Of a stretch of DNA of 64,000 nucleotides, positions 1 through 10,054 are shown piece after piece; within the stretch, counting starts at the first letter, position 1, and every line of letters begins with the position of its first letter. The notes under the pieces are model-generated. The model saw only the letters and a list, made by a program, of their open reading frames with translations, ran no database searches and was not told the DNA's origin. A program made the position numbers and the translations under genes. The DNA comes from Nitrospirota bacterium (lineage in GTDB: Bacteria > Nitrospirota > UBA9217): contig CAWBNQ010000005.1 in the NCBI GenBank assembly GCA_963790205.1, positions 448,001 to 512,000 on the forward strand, written 5' to 3'.

Positions 1-6
1 CTGCCG

Positions 7-1242
7 TTATTCGTATCTCAACACTTCCACCGGGTCCTGCTTTGCCGCCTGCCAGGACGGATACAGCGTGGCGAGGAAGCTGATCCCCAGCGCCGTCACG
101 CAGATAAAAAGGATATCAAGGCCGGTGATCGACAGCGGCAAATGGCTCACCTGGTACACGTCCTTCGGCAGGGAGATCACCCCCGTCCGGGTAATGACAG
201 CGACGGCCCCGTAGCCGATCAAGGCGCCGAGCGCCGTCCCTACGGACCCGATCACGAGCCCCGCGAACATGAAGATGCGCATGATGCTCCGGGAAGCCGC
301 GCCCATCGACTTGAGGATGGCTATCTCGCGGTTTTTTTCCATAACGATCATCGTGAGCGTGCCGACGATATTGAAGGACGCAACGATGATGATGACGACC
401 AGGATGAGGGACATGCCGATCTTTTCGAGCTTAAGCGCTGAAAAGAAATTCTTGTTCATCTCTATCCAGTTTCTCGTATAATAGGGATAACCGATGACCG
501 AACGGATTTCATCCGCTATCCTGTCGGCATGATAGATCTCGTCCACCCGCCCTTCGATGCCGCTCACCCGGCCGGGCATATCGAAGAACTTCTGGGCCTC
601 AGGCAGCGAAATGTAAGCGAAACCCGTGTTGTAGTCGTACATGCCGGCGTCGAAGATGCCGACCAGCTCGAACTTTCTCATCTTCGGGACCATGCCGATG
701 GCCGTTTCTTCGCCGATAGGATTTACCATCGTGATCGTATCGCCGAGCTCGGCGCCGAACTTGCGCGCGAGGTCCACGCCGATTACGATTCCCGGCAGCT
801 TTCTTCCCGGCGCCTCGAGCTCGCGGATCGATCCCTCGATGGTGTTCTTCTCCAGACTCGTTACCTTGCCTTCGGCCACGGGGTCGATCCCCCGGACCAC
901 AACGCCCTGCACGCGGTCCCTGCTCGTGAGCATGGCCTGGTTGATGGTGAACGGCGTCGTGGCGACCACATGGGGGACCCGGTCGATCTTTGCCTGCAGC
1001 GCCTTTTCGTCCTTGACGCCGACGCCGCTGTACTCCATGACGACAATATGCGGTATGGCGGAGAGGATCTTGTCACGGAAGTAGCCCTGGAACCCGGTCA
1101 TGACCGAAAGCGTGATGATGGAGGTGGCCACGCCGATGAGGACGCCGGCGATGGAGATAAAGGTGTTGAGCGATACGGTGCCATATCGTCTTTTGGTCTT
1201 CAAATAGCGAAGGCTGATGAATATTTCGTAGGGGATTTTCAT
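7..1242 (-). CDS. lolE: Lipoprotein-releasing ABC transporter permease LolC/LolE
   Basis: 411 aa; N-terminal FISLRYL...ISIAGVLIGVA...SVMTGF and C-terminal LATLYPSWQAAKQDPVEVLRYE are typical of LolC/E; downstream of lysS. Confidence 0.9.
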   Translation of the reverse strand: MKIPYEIFISLRYLKTKRRYGTVSLNTFISIAGVLIGVATSIITLSVMTGFQGYFRDKILSAIPHIVVMEYSGVGVKDEKALQAKIDRVPHVVATTPFTINQAMLTSRDRVQGVVVRGIDPVAEGKVTSLEKNTIEGSIRELEAPGRKLPGIVIGVDLARKFGAELGDTITMVNPIGEETAIGMVPKMRKFELVGIFDAGMYDYNTGFAYISLPEAQKFFDMPGRVSGIEGRVDEIYHADRIADEIRSVIGYPYYTRNWIEMNKNFFSALKLEKIGMSLILVVIIIVASFNIVGTLTMIVMEKNREIAILKSMGAASRSIMRIFMFAGLVIGSVGTALGALIGYGAVAVITRTGVISLPKDVYQVSHLPLSITGLDILFICVTALGISFLATLYPSWQAAKQDPVEVLRYE

Positions 1243-1250
1243 ATCATGGT

Positions 1251-1350
1251 AAACGGTAGACAGCAGGCTGTAGACAGGGGGGGGAGAAGCGAAAAAGGCG
1301 AAAGATTCTTTCTCTTTCCCCGACTGCTGTATGCTGTCTACTGGCTGCTG
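1251..1350. repeat. Heptamer-based inverted repeat (AGACAGY / RCTGTCT units)
   Basis: Left arm aaacggt agacagc aggctgt agacagg; right arm ccgactg ctgtatg ctgtcta ctggctg; same family as 61929-62020. Confidence 0.7.
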
Positions 1351-1354
1351 GTTA

Positions 1355-2833
1355 TTACTTCTCCTTCTTCATCTGCGGGAACAGGATCACATCGCGGATA
1401 GAACTCGATCCGGTGAGAAGCATCACGAGCCGGTCGATGCCGATCCCCTCGCCAGCCGCAGGCGGCATGCCGTACTCGAGCGCGCGTATGAAGTCTTCGT
1501 CCATCTGGTGCGCTTCTTCATCGCCGGCTTCGCGCTCCGTGACCTGCTTAAGAAAGCGATCCTTCTGGTCGACCGGGTCGTTCAGCTCAGAGAAGGCGTT
1601 TGCAAGCTCCCTGCCCGCGACGAACAGCTCGAAGCGCTCTACGTAATCGGGGTTATCATCACGCTTTTTCGATAGCGGCGAGATGTCCGTCGGGTAGTCG
1701 ATGATGAACGTGGGTTGGACCAGCTTCGTCTCGACGACGGCCTCGAAGATCTCGTTCAGGAGTTTCCCGAGGGGTTCGCCGCCCTTCAAGCCCGACCCCA
1801 GTTTGCCGGCGTATTCCCGTGCTTTTTCGGCGTTCGTGAGGACTTCCTCGGGCACGCCTGCTGCCCGCAGAGAGTCGATGTAGGTGATCCTCTTCCACGG
1901 CGGGGCGAGATTTATCGTATGCCCCTCGTAGGTCACTTCCGTCGCACCCAGGACTTCCCCGGCCACGGTGCTGATCATCTGCTCTGTCATGTTCATGAGG
2001 TCCCGGTAGTCCGCATAGGCCGTATAGAATTCGAGCATGGTGAACTCAGGGTTATGCCGAGTGGAGATACCTTCGTTCCTGAAATTCCGGTTGATCTCAT
2101 ACACCCGCTCAAAACCGCCGACCAGAAGGCGCTTAAGGTAGAGCTCCGGCGCGATGCGGAGGTAGAGGTCCATGTCGAGGGCGTTGTGATGGGTCGTGAA
2201 CGGCTTGGCCGTGGCCCCGCCCGGGATGGTCTGCATCATCGGGGTCTCGACCTCGAGGTAGCCGCGGGCATTCAGAAAGCTGCGGATGGCCTGTACGATC
2301 TTCGTGCGCAGCATGAAGACGTTCTTGACTTCTGGATTAACGATCAGGTCCACGTACCGCTGGCGGTAGCGAAGCTCGACATCGGTAAGACCGTGCCATT
2401 TTTCCGGCAGAGGACGGAGCGATTTCGAAAGGAGCGTAAAGTCCTCGACCTCGATCGTCAGTTCGTTCGTCCTGGTGCGGAACAGGAAGCCCTTGACGCC
2501 GATGAAATCTCCGATATCGATCTTCTTGAAAAGCGCGTACCGGTCATCTCCAAGCGTGTTCTTCTGAAAATAGAGCTGGGTCCTTCCCGAGCCGTCCTGA
2601 ATGTGGCTGAAACAGGCCTTTCCGAAGCTCCGCATGGCCACGATCCGTCCCGCGACAGTGACTTCGACCCGCTTTTTTTCAAGATCCTCCTTGCTCGCGT
2701 TCCCGTACTGATCGATCAGGCCCTGCGCCGATGCCGACACCTCGAACCTGCCGGCGTAGGGCTTTATGCCCATCGCGCTGATCTCAGCGAGCTTTTTGAA
2801 CCGCTGCTGGATCAGCTCGTTGTAATCGTCCAT
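1355..2833 (-). CDS. lysS: Lysine--tRNA ligase (class II)
   Basis: RPLPEKWHGLTDVELRYRQRYVDL, FRNEGISTRHNPEFTMLE and YGMPPAAGEGIGIDRL motifs. Confidence 0.98.
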   Translation of the reverse strand: MDDYNELIQQRFKKLAEISAMGIKPYAGRFEVSASAQGLIDQYGNASKEDLEKKRVEVTVAGRIVAMRSFGKACFSHIQDGSGRTQLYFQKNTLGDDRYALFKKIDIGDFIGVKGFLFRTRTNELTIEVEDFTLLSKSLRPLPEKWHGLTDVELRYRQRYVDLIVNPEVKNVFMLRTKIVQAIRSFLNARGYLEVETPMMQTIPGGATAKPFTTHHNALDMDLYLRIAPELYLKRLLVGGFERVYEINRNFRNEGISTRHNPEFTMLEFYTAYADYRDLMNMTEQMISTVAGEVLGATEVTYEGHTINLAPPWKRITYIDSLRAAGVPEEVLTNAEKAREYAGKLGSGLKGGEPLGKLLNEIFEAVVETKLVQPTFIIDYPTDISPLSKKRDDNPDYVERFELFVAGRELANAFSELNDPVDQKDRFLKQVTEREAGDEEAHQMDEDFIRALEYGMPPAAGEGIGIDRLVMLLTGSSSIRDVILFPQMKKEK

Positions 2834-2955
2834 GAATGTCCCCTTTACTTCGTTGACCGGATTGAAGGAATTGTCAGTGCAACCGATGACGAACGCGTGT
2901 CCTCATCGAACCAGAAACATCTTGAAAATTATGGCGTGAAACAGAACCAAGGCGG

Positions 2956-2985
2956 ATTATACTGATTAGGCATGAGACCTGTCAA
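2956..2985 (-). promoter_or_regulatory. Sigma70 promoter of lysS
   Basis: Minus strand TTGACA-N18-TATAAT, both hexamers perfect, about 120 nt upstream of the ATG. Confidence 0.75.
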
Positions 2986-2995
2986 GAATAAACGG

Positions 2996-3880
2996 TCAAC
3001 CCGCCAGCAGGCCAAGCACTTCCAGATATTTCTCGCTCGTTTTTTTCACCACGTCATCAGGCAGCACCGGGGCGGGCGGTTTCTGGTCCCAGGAAAGAGA
3101 GAGGAGATAGTCCCGGACGAACTGCTTGTCAAAGCTCTTTTGCGCGACTCCCACCGTATATCCGCTCATGGGCCAGAACCGGGAAGAATCCGGCGTAAGC
3201 ACTTCGTCGATCAGGATGACTTCGCCGTTGTATATTCCGAATTCGAGCTTGGTGTCGGCGATGATGATGCCCTTCGGTTCGGCGATCGCGCACGCTTTTT
3301 TGTAAACAGCGAGCGTAGAGGCCTTTATTGTGTCCGCGGTATCCTTGCCCACGAGTTTGACGACAGTGTCGAAATCGATGTTCACGTCATGTTCTCCGAC
3401 CTCCTCCTTGGTAGAGGGAGTGAAAATCGGTTCAGGCAGACGGGACGCTTCGGTCAGCCCTGCCGGAAGTTTAATGCCGCTTACCGATCCGGTCGAGCGA
3501 TACTCCTTCAGTCCTGAACCGGAGAGATAGCCGCGGACAATACACTCCACGGGGAGCGGCTGCGACTTCCTGACGAGCATGCTCCTGCCTTCGAGGAGCA
3601 CGGCGTGAGGCCTGCATGCGGCCGGGAAATCCTTCACGTCCGTCGAGATCAGATGGTTCTTCACGATGCTTTCGGTCTGCAAAAACCAGAACTTCGATAT
3701 CTGGGTAAGGACCCTGCCCTTTTCCGGGACCGCGTTCGGGAGCACCACGTCGAAAGCGGAGATCCTGTCCGTGGCCACGATCAGGAGCGTATCGCCGAGG
3801 TCATAGATATCGCGTACTTTGCCCCGTTTCGGCGGTTTTAATCCTGCAAGGTTCGTCTCAAGCACCAGCGATGTTTTCAT
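2996..3880 (-). CDS. purC: SAICAR synthetase
   Basis: [26 protein letters not shown] and [12 protein letters not shown]; start placed at ATG 3880 (MKTSLV) behind AGAGGAG; overlaps the upstream gene by 23 bp. Confidence 0.96.
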   Translation of the reverse strand: MKTSLVLETNLAGLKPPKRGKVRDIYDLGDTLLIVATDRISAFDVVLPNAVPEKGRVLTQISKFWFLQTESIVKNHLISTDVKDFPAACRPHAVLLEGRSMLVRKSQPLPVECIVRGYLSGSGLKEYRSTGSVSGIKLPAGLTEASRLPEPIFTPSTKEEVGEHDVNIDFDTVVKLVGKDTADTIKASTLAVYKKACAIAEPKGIIIADTKLEFGIYNGEVILIDEVLTPDSSRFWPMSGYTVGVAQKSFDKQFVRDYLLSLSWDQKPPAPVLPDDVVKKTSEKYLEVLGLLAG

Positions 3881-5207
3881 CTTCTCCTCTTTCCAGATCT
3901 TCCTGCGCATGATTCTCCGGCGACAGTTTCAGGATCCTGACGCGGGCAATGCGGTTTTTCCTCAGCCGAAGCACGGTAAACATAAGGTCGGTATAGCGTA
4001 TCTGGTCGCCTTCCGCGGGAAGTCTCCCGAAAAGACCGAGCACAAAACCGCCGACGGTCTCGAATTCGTCCTCGGGAAGTTTCACGCCGAGACGCTCATT
4101 CACCTTCCCGATATCCGTCTTGCCGTCCACAATGTATCGGTTCGCCGCGATCTCTTCGATCTCGCGGAGCACCTTTTCCTGCTCGTCCCGGATGTCACCG
4201 ACGATCTCTTCGATAAGATCCTCCATGGTAACGAGCCCGTCGGTGCCGCCGTATTCGTCCATGACGAGCGCCAGATGAACGCGCTTTTCCCGCATCTCTT
4301 TGAGCAGTACGCTCACGTTCTTGTTCGGCGGAACGATGTAAGGTTTGCGGAGCACGCTGTCAAGCTTGAACGGCTTGTCTGCGATGTGGAGCGGCAGGAT
4401 GTCTTTAAGATATACCATGCCGATAATATTGTCGATGGTTCCCGAATACACCGGCAGGCGCGAGAACCCTTTCTTATTCATAATACGAAGAATCTCATCG
4501 AGACTGGTCGTCATTTCGACCGCTATGATATCGGTCCGGGGGATCATCACCTCCTTCACAACCGTGTCCGTAAACCGGAAAACGCTGTGAATCAAATCCT
4601 CTTCAGACGGCTCGAATACGCCGCGTTTGCGCCCCTCACGAATGAGGTATTTGACCTCGTCTTCGGAGATAAAGCCCGACTCCTGCGCTTTTCCCAGATT
4701 AAACAATCGCAGCACGGCATTACTGGAGACATTGAGAATCCTGAGCACCAGAAAAAGCAGCCTTGACAGCACTTCGACCGGCGCCGAAGTAAAAAAGGCA
4801 ATCTTTTCAGAATGCCTGATGGCAAGTGATTTTGGGACCAGTTCTCCGATCACGATAGTAACGTAGGTAATTCCGCCGACCATCAAAGTCAGAGCTAGCG
4901 GTTCTGCCGCCTTTTGAATAAAAGCTACGGGAATCGAAGCAAGAATCGGCATGAGGTATTTTACGGCAATGACACCGCCGATGGCGGCTGCAAGCGTGCT
5001 GACCAAGGTCACCCCGATTTGCACCGTGCTGAGGAATCGTTCGGGTTCCTCCTGCAGTTTCTGTACTCTCTTTGCGACAGCGCTCCCGCTCTTCACGAGG
5101 TGCCGAACTCTGCTCTTTCGCAGAGAGATAAGCGACAACTCGGAAGCAGCAAAAAAACCGTTCACGATGATAAGGAGAAAGATAAGGAGAATATCAGGTA
5201 GTAGCAT
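3858..5207 (-). CDS. Hemolysin/CorC-family protein (DUF21 + CBS pair + CorC_HlyC)
   Basis: [35 protein letters not shown] and [23 protein letters not shown]. Confidence 0.92.
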   Translation of the reverse strand: MLLPDILLIFLLIIVNGFFAASELSLISLRKSRVRHLVKSGSAVAKRVQKLQEEPERFLSTVQIGVTLVSTLAAAIGGVIAVKYLMPILASIPVAFIQKAAEPLALTLMVGGITYVTIVIGELVPKSLAIRHSEKIAFFTSAPVEVLSRLLFLVLRILNVSSNAVLRLFNLGKAQESGFISEDEVKYLIREGRKRGVFEPSEEDLIHSVFRFTDTVVKEVMIPRTDIIAVEMTTSLDEILRIMNKKGFSRLPVYSGTIDNIIGMVYLKDILPLHIADKPFKLDSVLRKPYIVPPNKNVSVLLKEMREKRVHLALVMDEYGGTDGLVTMEDLIEEIVGDIRDEQEKVLREIEEIAANRYIVDGKTDIGKVNERLGVKLPEDEFETVGGFVLGLFGRLPAEGDQIRYTDLMFTVLRLRKNRIARVRILKLSPENHAQEDLERGEDENIAGA

Positions 5208-5233
5208 AGGTGATCATAAATTCCAACGCTCAA

Positions 5234-5333
5234 TTGAAGTTCCCTGCGGCAAATGAAAGTTCATACAGATACCTACAGGAAATTTCGGCTCTCACGGTAA
5301 GAGCATAATGGTATTCGCTCATTCCAGAATTAA
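5234..5333 (+). mobile_element. Degenerate copy of the TTGAA...TTCAA mini-element
   Basis: TTGAAGTTCCCTGCGGCAAATGAAAGTTCATACAGATACC...CGCTCATTCCAGAATTAA aligns by eye with 48105-48223 and 52494-52564. Confidence 0.65.
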
Positions 5334-5439
5334 CACAGCTCAATAAGCTCAAAATTCAAAGTGTAAAAATTAGATTGTCCGTATTCCGTAAAGTGGGATA
5401 TTTATATTTATCCGGAATGCAAGACCCGGGTCATTTTAT

Positions 5440-6909
5440 TTAGAAACCGTATTCTTTCCACCGTGCTTCCACCTTCTGCTGGACATCAGGGTCCATCTTG
5501 ATTTCGTCCGGCCAGGGGCGCGTGAACCCTTCACCCGGCCCTTTGCGCGTCGCGTCGATCCCCATCTTGCCGCCAAACCCGATCTGCGGGCAGGAGTGGT
5601 CGAGGATATCGAGCGGCCCGTCGGCGATCACCACGTCGCGCTGCGGGTCCACATGGTTCATCACTTTCCAGGTCACTTCGGAGTAATCGTGGATGTTCAC
5701 GTCCTCATCACAGACAATGACGAACTTAGACAGCATGAGCATGCCCGTGCCCCAGACCGTGTTGATCACCTTCTTGCCGTGGCCTGGGAAACGCTTTCTG
5801 ATCTTGACAATGACATTGTTATGGAACACGCCTTCGACGGGCATGTCCATATCCAGGATGTCGGGCGCCACCATCTGGAGGAGCGGCAGGAATATCCGTT
5901 CCGTGGCTTTGCCGAGGTAAGCGTCCTCCTGCGGCGGACGGCCAACAAGGGTGGCGGGATAGAGGGCGTCTTTCCGGTGCGTGATCGCCGTGATGTGAAA
6001 TACCGGATACTCCGCCGCTTCCGAATAGTATCCCGTATGGTCTCCGAAAGGCCCCTCCACCCTGCGCTCGCCCGGATCGACGAATCCTTCGAGAACGAAC
6101 TCCGCTTCGGCCGGCACCCGTATGTCTACGGTTTTGCACGGGACAACTTCGAGCGGCTTGTTTCTTAAAAATCCGGCAAAGAGAAACTCGCCGATGGCGG
6201 GCGGAAGAGGCGCCGTCGATGCATAAATGATAGCGGGGTCGCCCCCGATTGCAACAGCCACTTCCATGCGCTTTCCCGCGGCCTCATAATGCTGGTAGTG
6301 GCGCGCTCCGTCCTTGTGCTTGTGCCAGTGCATGCCCGTGGTCTGATGGTCGAAGACCTGCATCCGATACATGCCGACGTTCGTAATTTTCGTTACCGGA
6401 TCGACGCTGCATACCATGGGGAGTGTGATAAACCGTCCGCCGTCCGCAGGCCAGCATTTCAGCACGGGGATTTTGGAAAGGTCGACCTGTTTGCCGGTGA
6501 GCACGACCTCCTGGCAGGGGCCCTTTTTTACGGTCTTGGGGAAATAATTGGCAAGCTCCGCAAGCTTCGGCAGCATCTGGAGTTTGTCCATGATCCCGGC
6601 GCCGGGTCCCGGGAACAGGTTAACCGGATCGACGATTTCCTTGATACGCCTGCCGATCTCATCAAGACTATCTACCTCGAGCGCCAAACAAATGCGCTTC
6701 AGGGAGCCGAAAGCATTGGTCAGGACCGGGAAGACCGAATCTTTCACGCGCTCGAACAAAAGGGCCTTGTTCTCGGCCCCCTTCTGTTTCGAGACCCGGT
6801 CCGTGATCTCTGCAATCTCAAGTTCGGCATCCACTTCCGCCTTGACCCTGATGAGTTCACCCTGCTTTTCCAGAAGAGCGATTAAATCTCTGATATTTTC
6901 ATAGGCCAT
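5440..6909 (-). CDS. ubiD: UbiD-family decarboxylase, menaquinone (futalosine pathway) type
   Basis: WPADGGRFITLP, NVGMYRMQV, EGPFGDHTGYY and MGIDATRK. Confidence 0.9.
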   Translation of the reverse strand: MAYENIRDLIALLEKQGELIRVKAEVDAELEIAEITDRVSKQKGAENKALLFERVKDSVFPVLTNAFGSLKRICLALEVDSLDEIGRRIKEIVDPVNLFPGPGAGIMDKLQMLPKLAELANYFPKTVKKGPCQEVVLTGKQVDLSKIPVLKCWPADGGRFITLPMVCSVDPVTKITNVGMYRMQVFDHQTTGMHWHKHKDGARHYQHYEAAGKRMEVAVAIGGDPAIIYASTAPLPPAIGEFLFAGFLRNKPLEVVPCKTVDIRVPAEAEFVLEGFVDPGERRVEGPFGDHTGYYSEAAEYPVFHITAITHRKDALYPATLVGRPPQEDAYLGKATERIFLPLLQMVAPDILDMDMPVEGVFHNNVIVKIRKRFPGHGKKVINTVWGTGMLMLSKFVIVCDEDVNIHDYSEVTWKVMNHVDPQRDVVIADGPLDILDHSCPQIGFGGKMGIDATRKGPGEGFTRPWPDEIKMDPDVQQKVEARWKEYGF

Positions 6910-6918
6910 AAGTTTAAA

Positions 6919-6947
6919 ATTGTAGCGGAATTATGCCGGATTTGCAA
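6919..6947 (-). promoter_or_regulatory. Sigma70 promoter of ubiD (leaderless or very short leader)
   Basis: TTGCAA-N17-TACAAT with the -10 only 9 nt before the ATG; no Shine-Dalgarno. Confidence 0.55.
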
Positions 6948-6976
6948 TGAAAAAACTCGCAGGCGCAGGGACAGGG

Positions 6977-8338
6977 TTATGAGGACCCATATTTTTGCAG
7001 TCGGTGCCTGAAAGACCTGAACGAGAGGCCCAGAAGCTTTGCTGCTTCGGTTTTCACTCCACCGGCCTTGTCCAGCGCTTTTTGGAGGAGGGCTTTTTCG
7101 GCGTTTTCGAGCAACGCTTCGAGATCGAGCCCTGCATCGGGGATATCCGAGGGGATGAGTTCAGCGCCGGGTTGCAGGTTTTTCACCGAATCCGGCACGT
7201 GTTCGAGATGGATGGTATCGCCGGATGCCAGGATCATGAGCCGTTCGATGGTATTTTCGAGCTCGCGGACATTGCCGGCCCAGCGATAGCTCATAAGCAT
7301 CTTCAAGGCATCGGGAGCTATTTTCTTCTGTCCCTTTCCTGATGAGAACTTATTAAGGAAAAAATCGACCAGCACCGGGATATCTTCTTTCCGGTCTCGA
7401 AGCGCGGGAAGATGTATCTGTATCACGTTCAGGCGGTAATAGAGATCCTCCCGGAAGACGCCTTTCGAGACTTCAGCGAGGAGATCCTTGTTGCTCGCCG
7501 CGATCACCCGGACATCTACCTTAATTTCGGTCGTCCCCCCCAACCGCATAAACTCTCGTTCCTGGAGCACGCGCAATAATTTTATCTGCAGCGCCGGCGT
7601 AGTCGCGCTTATCTCATCGAGAAAAATAGTCCCGCTGTTCGCCGCCTCGAAAAGCCCCTGCTTGTTCGCCACGGCGCCGGTAAATGCCCCTTTCATGTAG
7701 CCGAAGAGCTCACTCTCAAGCAGCGTCTCGGGCAAGGCCCCGCAGTTGACCGTTACAAAGGGTTTGTCTTTTCTCGTGCTGTTGAAATGGATGGCCCTCG
7801 CCACGAGTTCCTTGCCCGTTCCGCTTTCCCCCGTGATGAGGACGGTACTCCTCGTATCGGCAACCTGGCGAATAAGCGAAAAAACCCTCTGCATGGGTTC
7901 GCTTGTGCCGATGAAGTTCTCGAACCCCGCCCGTGACTCGATTTCCCTCCGGAGGAGGATATTCTCTTTTCTGAGGTGGCCTTTTTCGAGCGCCTTCTGG
8001 ATTATGAGTTTAATCTCATCTACTTTGAACGGTTTGGTAATATAATCATAGGCGCCGAGTTTCATAGCTTCAACAGCGGTCTCCGCCGTCGCAAAGGCGG
8101 TGACCATGATCACGACAGTCTCGGGGGCGACCTCTTTGACCGCTTTCAGCACGTCGATACCGTTCAGCCCCGGCATCTTAACGTCACTGATCACCAGGTC
8201 AAAAATCTCCGTGTAAACGGCCTTGAGCGCATCAGTGCCGTTTTCAGCGGCCACCACGTCATGACCCTCTTTTTTCAGCATGATCGAGAGAAAATCCCGC
8301 ATGCTCTGTTCGTCATCGATAACGAGAATTTTACTCAC
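6977..8338 (-). CDS. pilR: Sigma54-dependent response regulator, PilR type
   Basis: Receiver domain, GESGTGKE, GAFTGA and C-terminal HTH LSFRSFRHRLQKY; in the pilBTCSR block. Confidence 0.88.
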   Translation of the reverse strand: MSKILVIDDEQSMRDFLSIMLKKEGHDVVAAENGTDALKAVYTEIFDLVISDVKMPGLNGIDVLKAVKEVAPETVVIMVTAFATAETAVEAMKLGAYDYITKPFKVDEIKLIIQKALEKGHLRKENILLRREIESRAGFENFIGTSEPMQRVFSLIRQVADTRSTVLITGESGTGKELVARAIHFNSTRKDKPFVTVNCGALPETLLESELFGYMKGAFTGAVANKQGLFEAANSGTIFLDEISATTPALQIKLLRVLQEREFMRLGGTTEIKVDVRVIAASNKDLLAEVSKGVFREDLYYRLNVIQIHLPALRDRKEDIPVLVDFFLNKFSSGKGQKKIAPDALKMLMSYRWAGNVRELENTIERLMILASGDTIHLEHVPDSVKNLQPGAELIPSDIPDAGLDLEALLENAEKALLQKALDKAGGVKTEAAKLLGLSFRSFRHRLQKYGSS

Positions 8339-8351
8339 GACACCGCCTTCA

Positions 8352-10046
8352 TTATGAAACGATTCGAGGCCTGATCCATGCGTTCACGATCTCCGGGTGA
8401 GTTGAGCCATCGATCATGGGGATCAGAATTCGAAATTTCGTCCCCCGTCCTTCTTCCGCTGCCACGGCGATGGTGCCGCCATGGTCTTCAATAATCCGGT
8501 AAGCGATCGCAAGCCCCAGGCCCGTACCGCCGATCTTGGTCGTAAAAAACGGATCGAATATTTTAGCTAGGTGTTCAGGGGAGATGCCCTGACCGGTATC
8601 TGCTATGATGATCTCACACCATGCGGAGTCCTCATCATCATGCGAAACGGGATTCGCGCTGATCGTCATCTTCCCGCCGTTCGGCATTGCCTGACAGGAG
8701 TTGATCAGAAAATTCCAGAACACCTGGCGCATCCTCCGGGCATCTCCCCGCATAATGATCATCGGGTCTACGTTGCAGCTGATGCTTATATTGTCCACGA
8801 ATTCCTTGCTGTTCTTTAAAAGGGTAATCGTTTCGTCGAGCACTGAAGAGAGGACGATCCGGTCGTCTTGCGTGGTTTTCGGCCGCGCGTATTCCAAAAA
8901 ATCGGTGATGATGGTATTGAGACGGTCGGTCTCACGCACCACGATATCCATGAGATGCCTGTTATCGCCCTTGAGATCGAGTTCCCCTTGAAGGACCTGG
9001 ATCGAACCGCTCAACGAAGCAAGCGGGTTTCTGATTTCATGAGCGATGCCGGCCGCAAGGCTTCCCACCGTGGCGAGCCGCTCCTGCCTTCGGACACGAT
9101 CCTCCATTTGCACCATCGTGGTGATGTCCTGAAAGATAAGAATGATGCCCCGGACTTGATTCTTTTCGTCCTTGAGCAGCGAAGCGGACATGCCCAGTAT
9201 AGCCGTATTCCCGTCTTTTTTTATTATCTGCCCGTCAAAACGAAAGGGGTTCTCTTTCAAATCTTCGGTGTGGCCAAAGAGCCCCCTGATGCTGTTCCCG
9301 AAAACGTCCTGAAGGCGGCCCCTGATCTCAGCGTAACTGTAACCCGTGATATGCTCTGCTGCCGGATTCCATGAGGTAATATGGCCTTCGAGGTCCATCG
9401 TGAGAATACCGCTCCCGATACTCTTCAAAATATGCTCTTGAAGAGCGCGAAGGTCATTAAAGTCCATGCTCTTCTCGCGCAGTTCCTGGCGCGTTTTGCG
9501 GAGACGTTCGGAGAGATAACCGCTCAAAAAAGCGACCGTATAAAAGGAAAGAATGTTAATAAAAACCAGGTACAGCACCTGCATCGCGGTAAAGTTGAGG
9601 CTTCGAACAAAACCGAGAACATTATAATACTGCATGTCCAGCATGCCGCCATACAGGATGCTGGCGAGCGAGGCAGCAAGGTATCCTCCCCGGCGATAGA
9701 GGATGATGCTTGCCGAAATGATCGTCAGATGATAGAGGAGCGAGAGGCCGCTGTCGATGCCACCGGTGAGGCGAACAAGAAAAGTCACCAGAAAGATATC
9801 GCCCGCGACCTGGAGGTAGGCGAAAAACGTCACATTATCGATTCGTTGCAGCAGGTACCAATAAATGCCCGTCAGGACATAAACGAAGAGAACAAAATAA
9901 TAAAGAAAGATCGTGCGAAACGGATATAATCTATATTCATGCTGAAAAAAAATCAAAGTCCCGAGCAGAAAGGTGATCAGAACAAGTCTGCTCACCATCA
10001 ACCATTTTACTCTGACATGATATTCCCCTTTTGAAAACTCTTGCAT
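8352..10046 (-). CDS. pilS: Sensor histidine kinase, PilS type
   Basis: About 6 TM N-terminus, PAS domain, AHEIRNPL H-box and FDPFFTTK..GTGLGL. Confidence 0.88.
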   Translation of the reverse strand: MQEFSKGEYHVRVKWLMVSRLVLITFLLGTLIFFQHEYRLYPFRTIFLYYFVLFVYVLTGIYWYLLQRIDNVTFFAYLQVAGDIFLVTFLVRLTGGIDSGLSLLYHLTIISASIILYRRGGYLAASLASILYGGMLDMQYYNVLGFVRSLNFTAMQVLYLVFINILSFYTVAFLSGYLSERLRKTRQELREKSMDFNDLRALQEHILKSIGSGILTMDLEGHITSWNPAAEHITGYSYAEIRGRLQDVFGNSIRGLFGHTEDLKENPFRFDGQIIKKDGNTAILGMSASLLKDEKNQVRGIILIFQDITTMVQMEDRVRRQERLATVGSLAAGIAHEIRNPLASLSGSIQVLQGELDLKGDNRHLMDIVVRETDRLNTIITDFLEYARPKTTQDDRIVLSSVLDETITLLKNSKEFVDNISISCNVDPMIIMRGDARRMRQVFWNFLINSCQAMPNGGKMTISANPVSHDDEDSAWCEIIIADTGQGISPEHLAKIFDPFFTTKIGGTGLGLAIAYRIIEDHGGTIAVAAEEGRGTKFRILIPMIDGSTHPEIVNAWIRPRIVS

Positions 10047-10054
10047 CGCGTATA

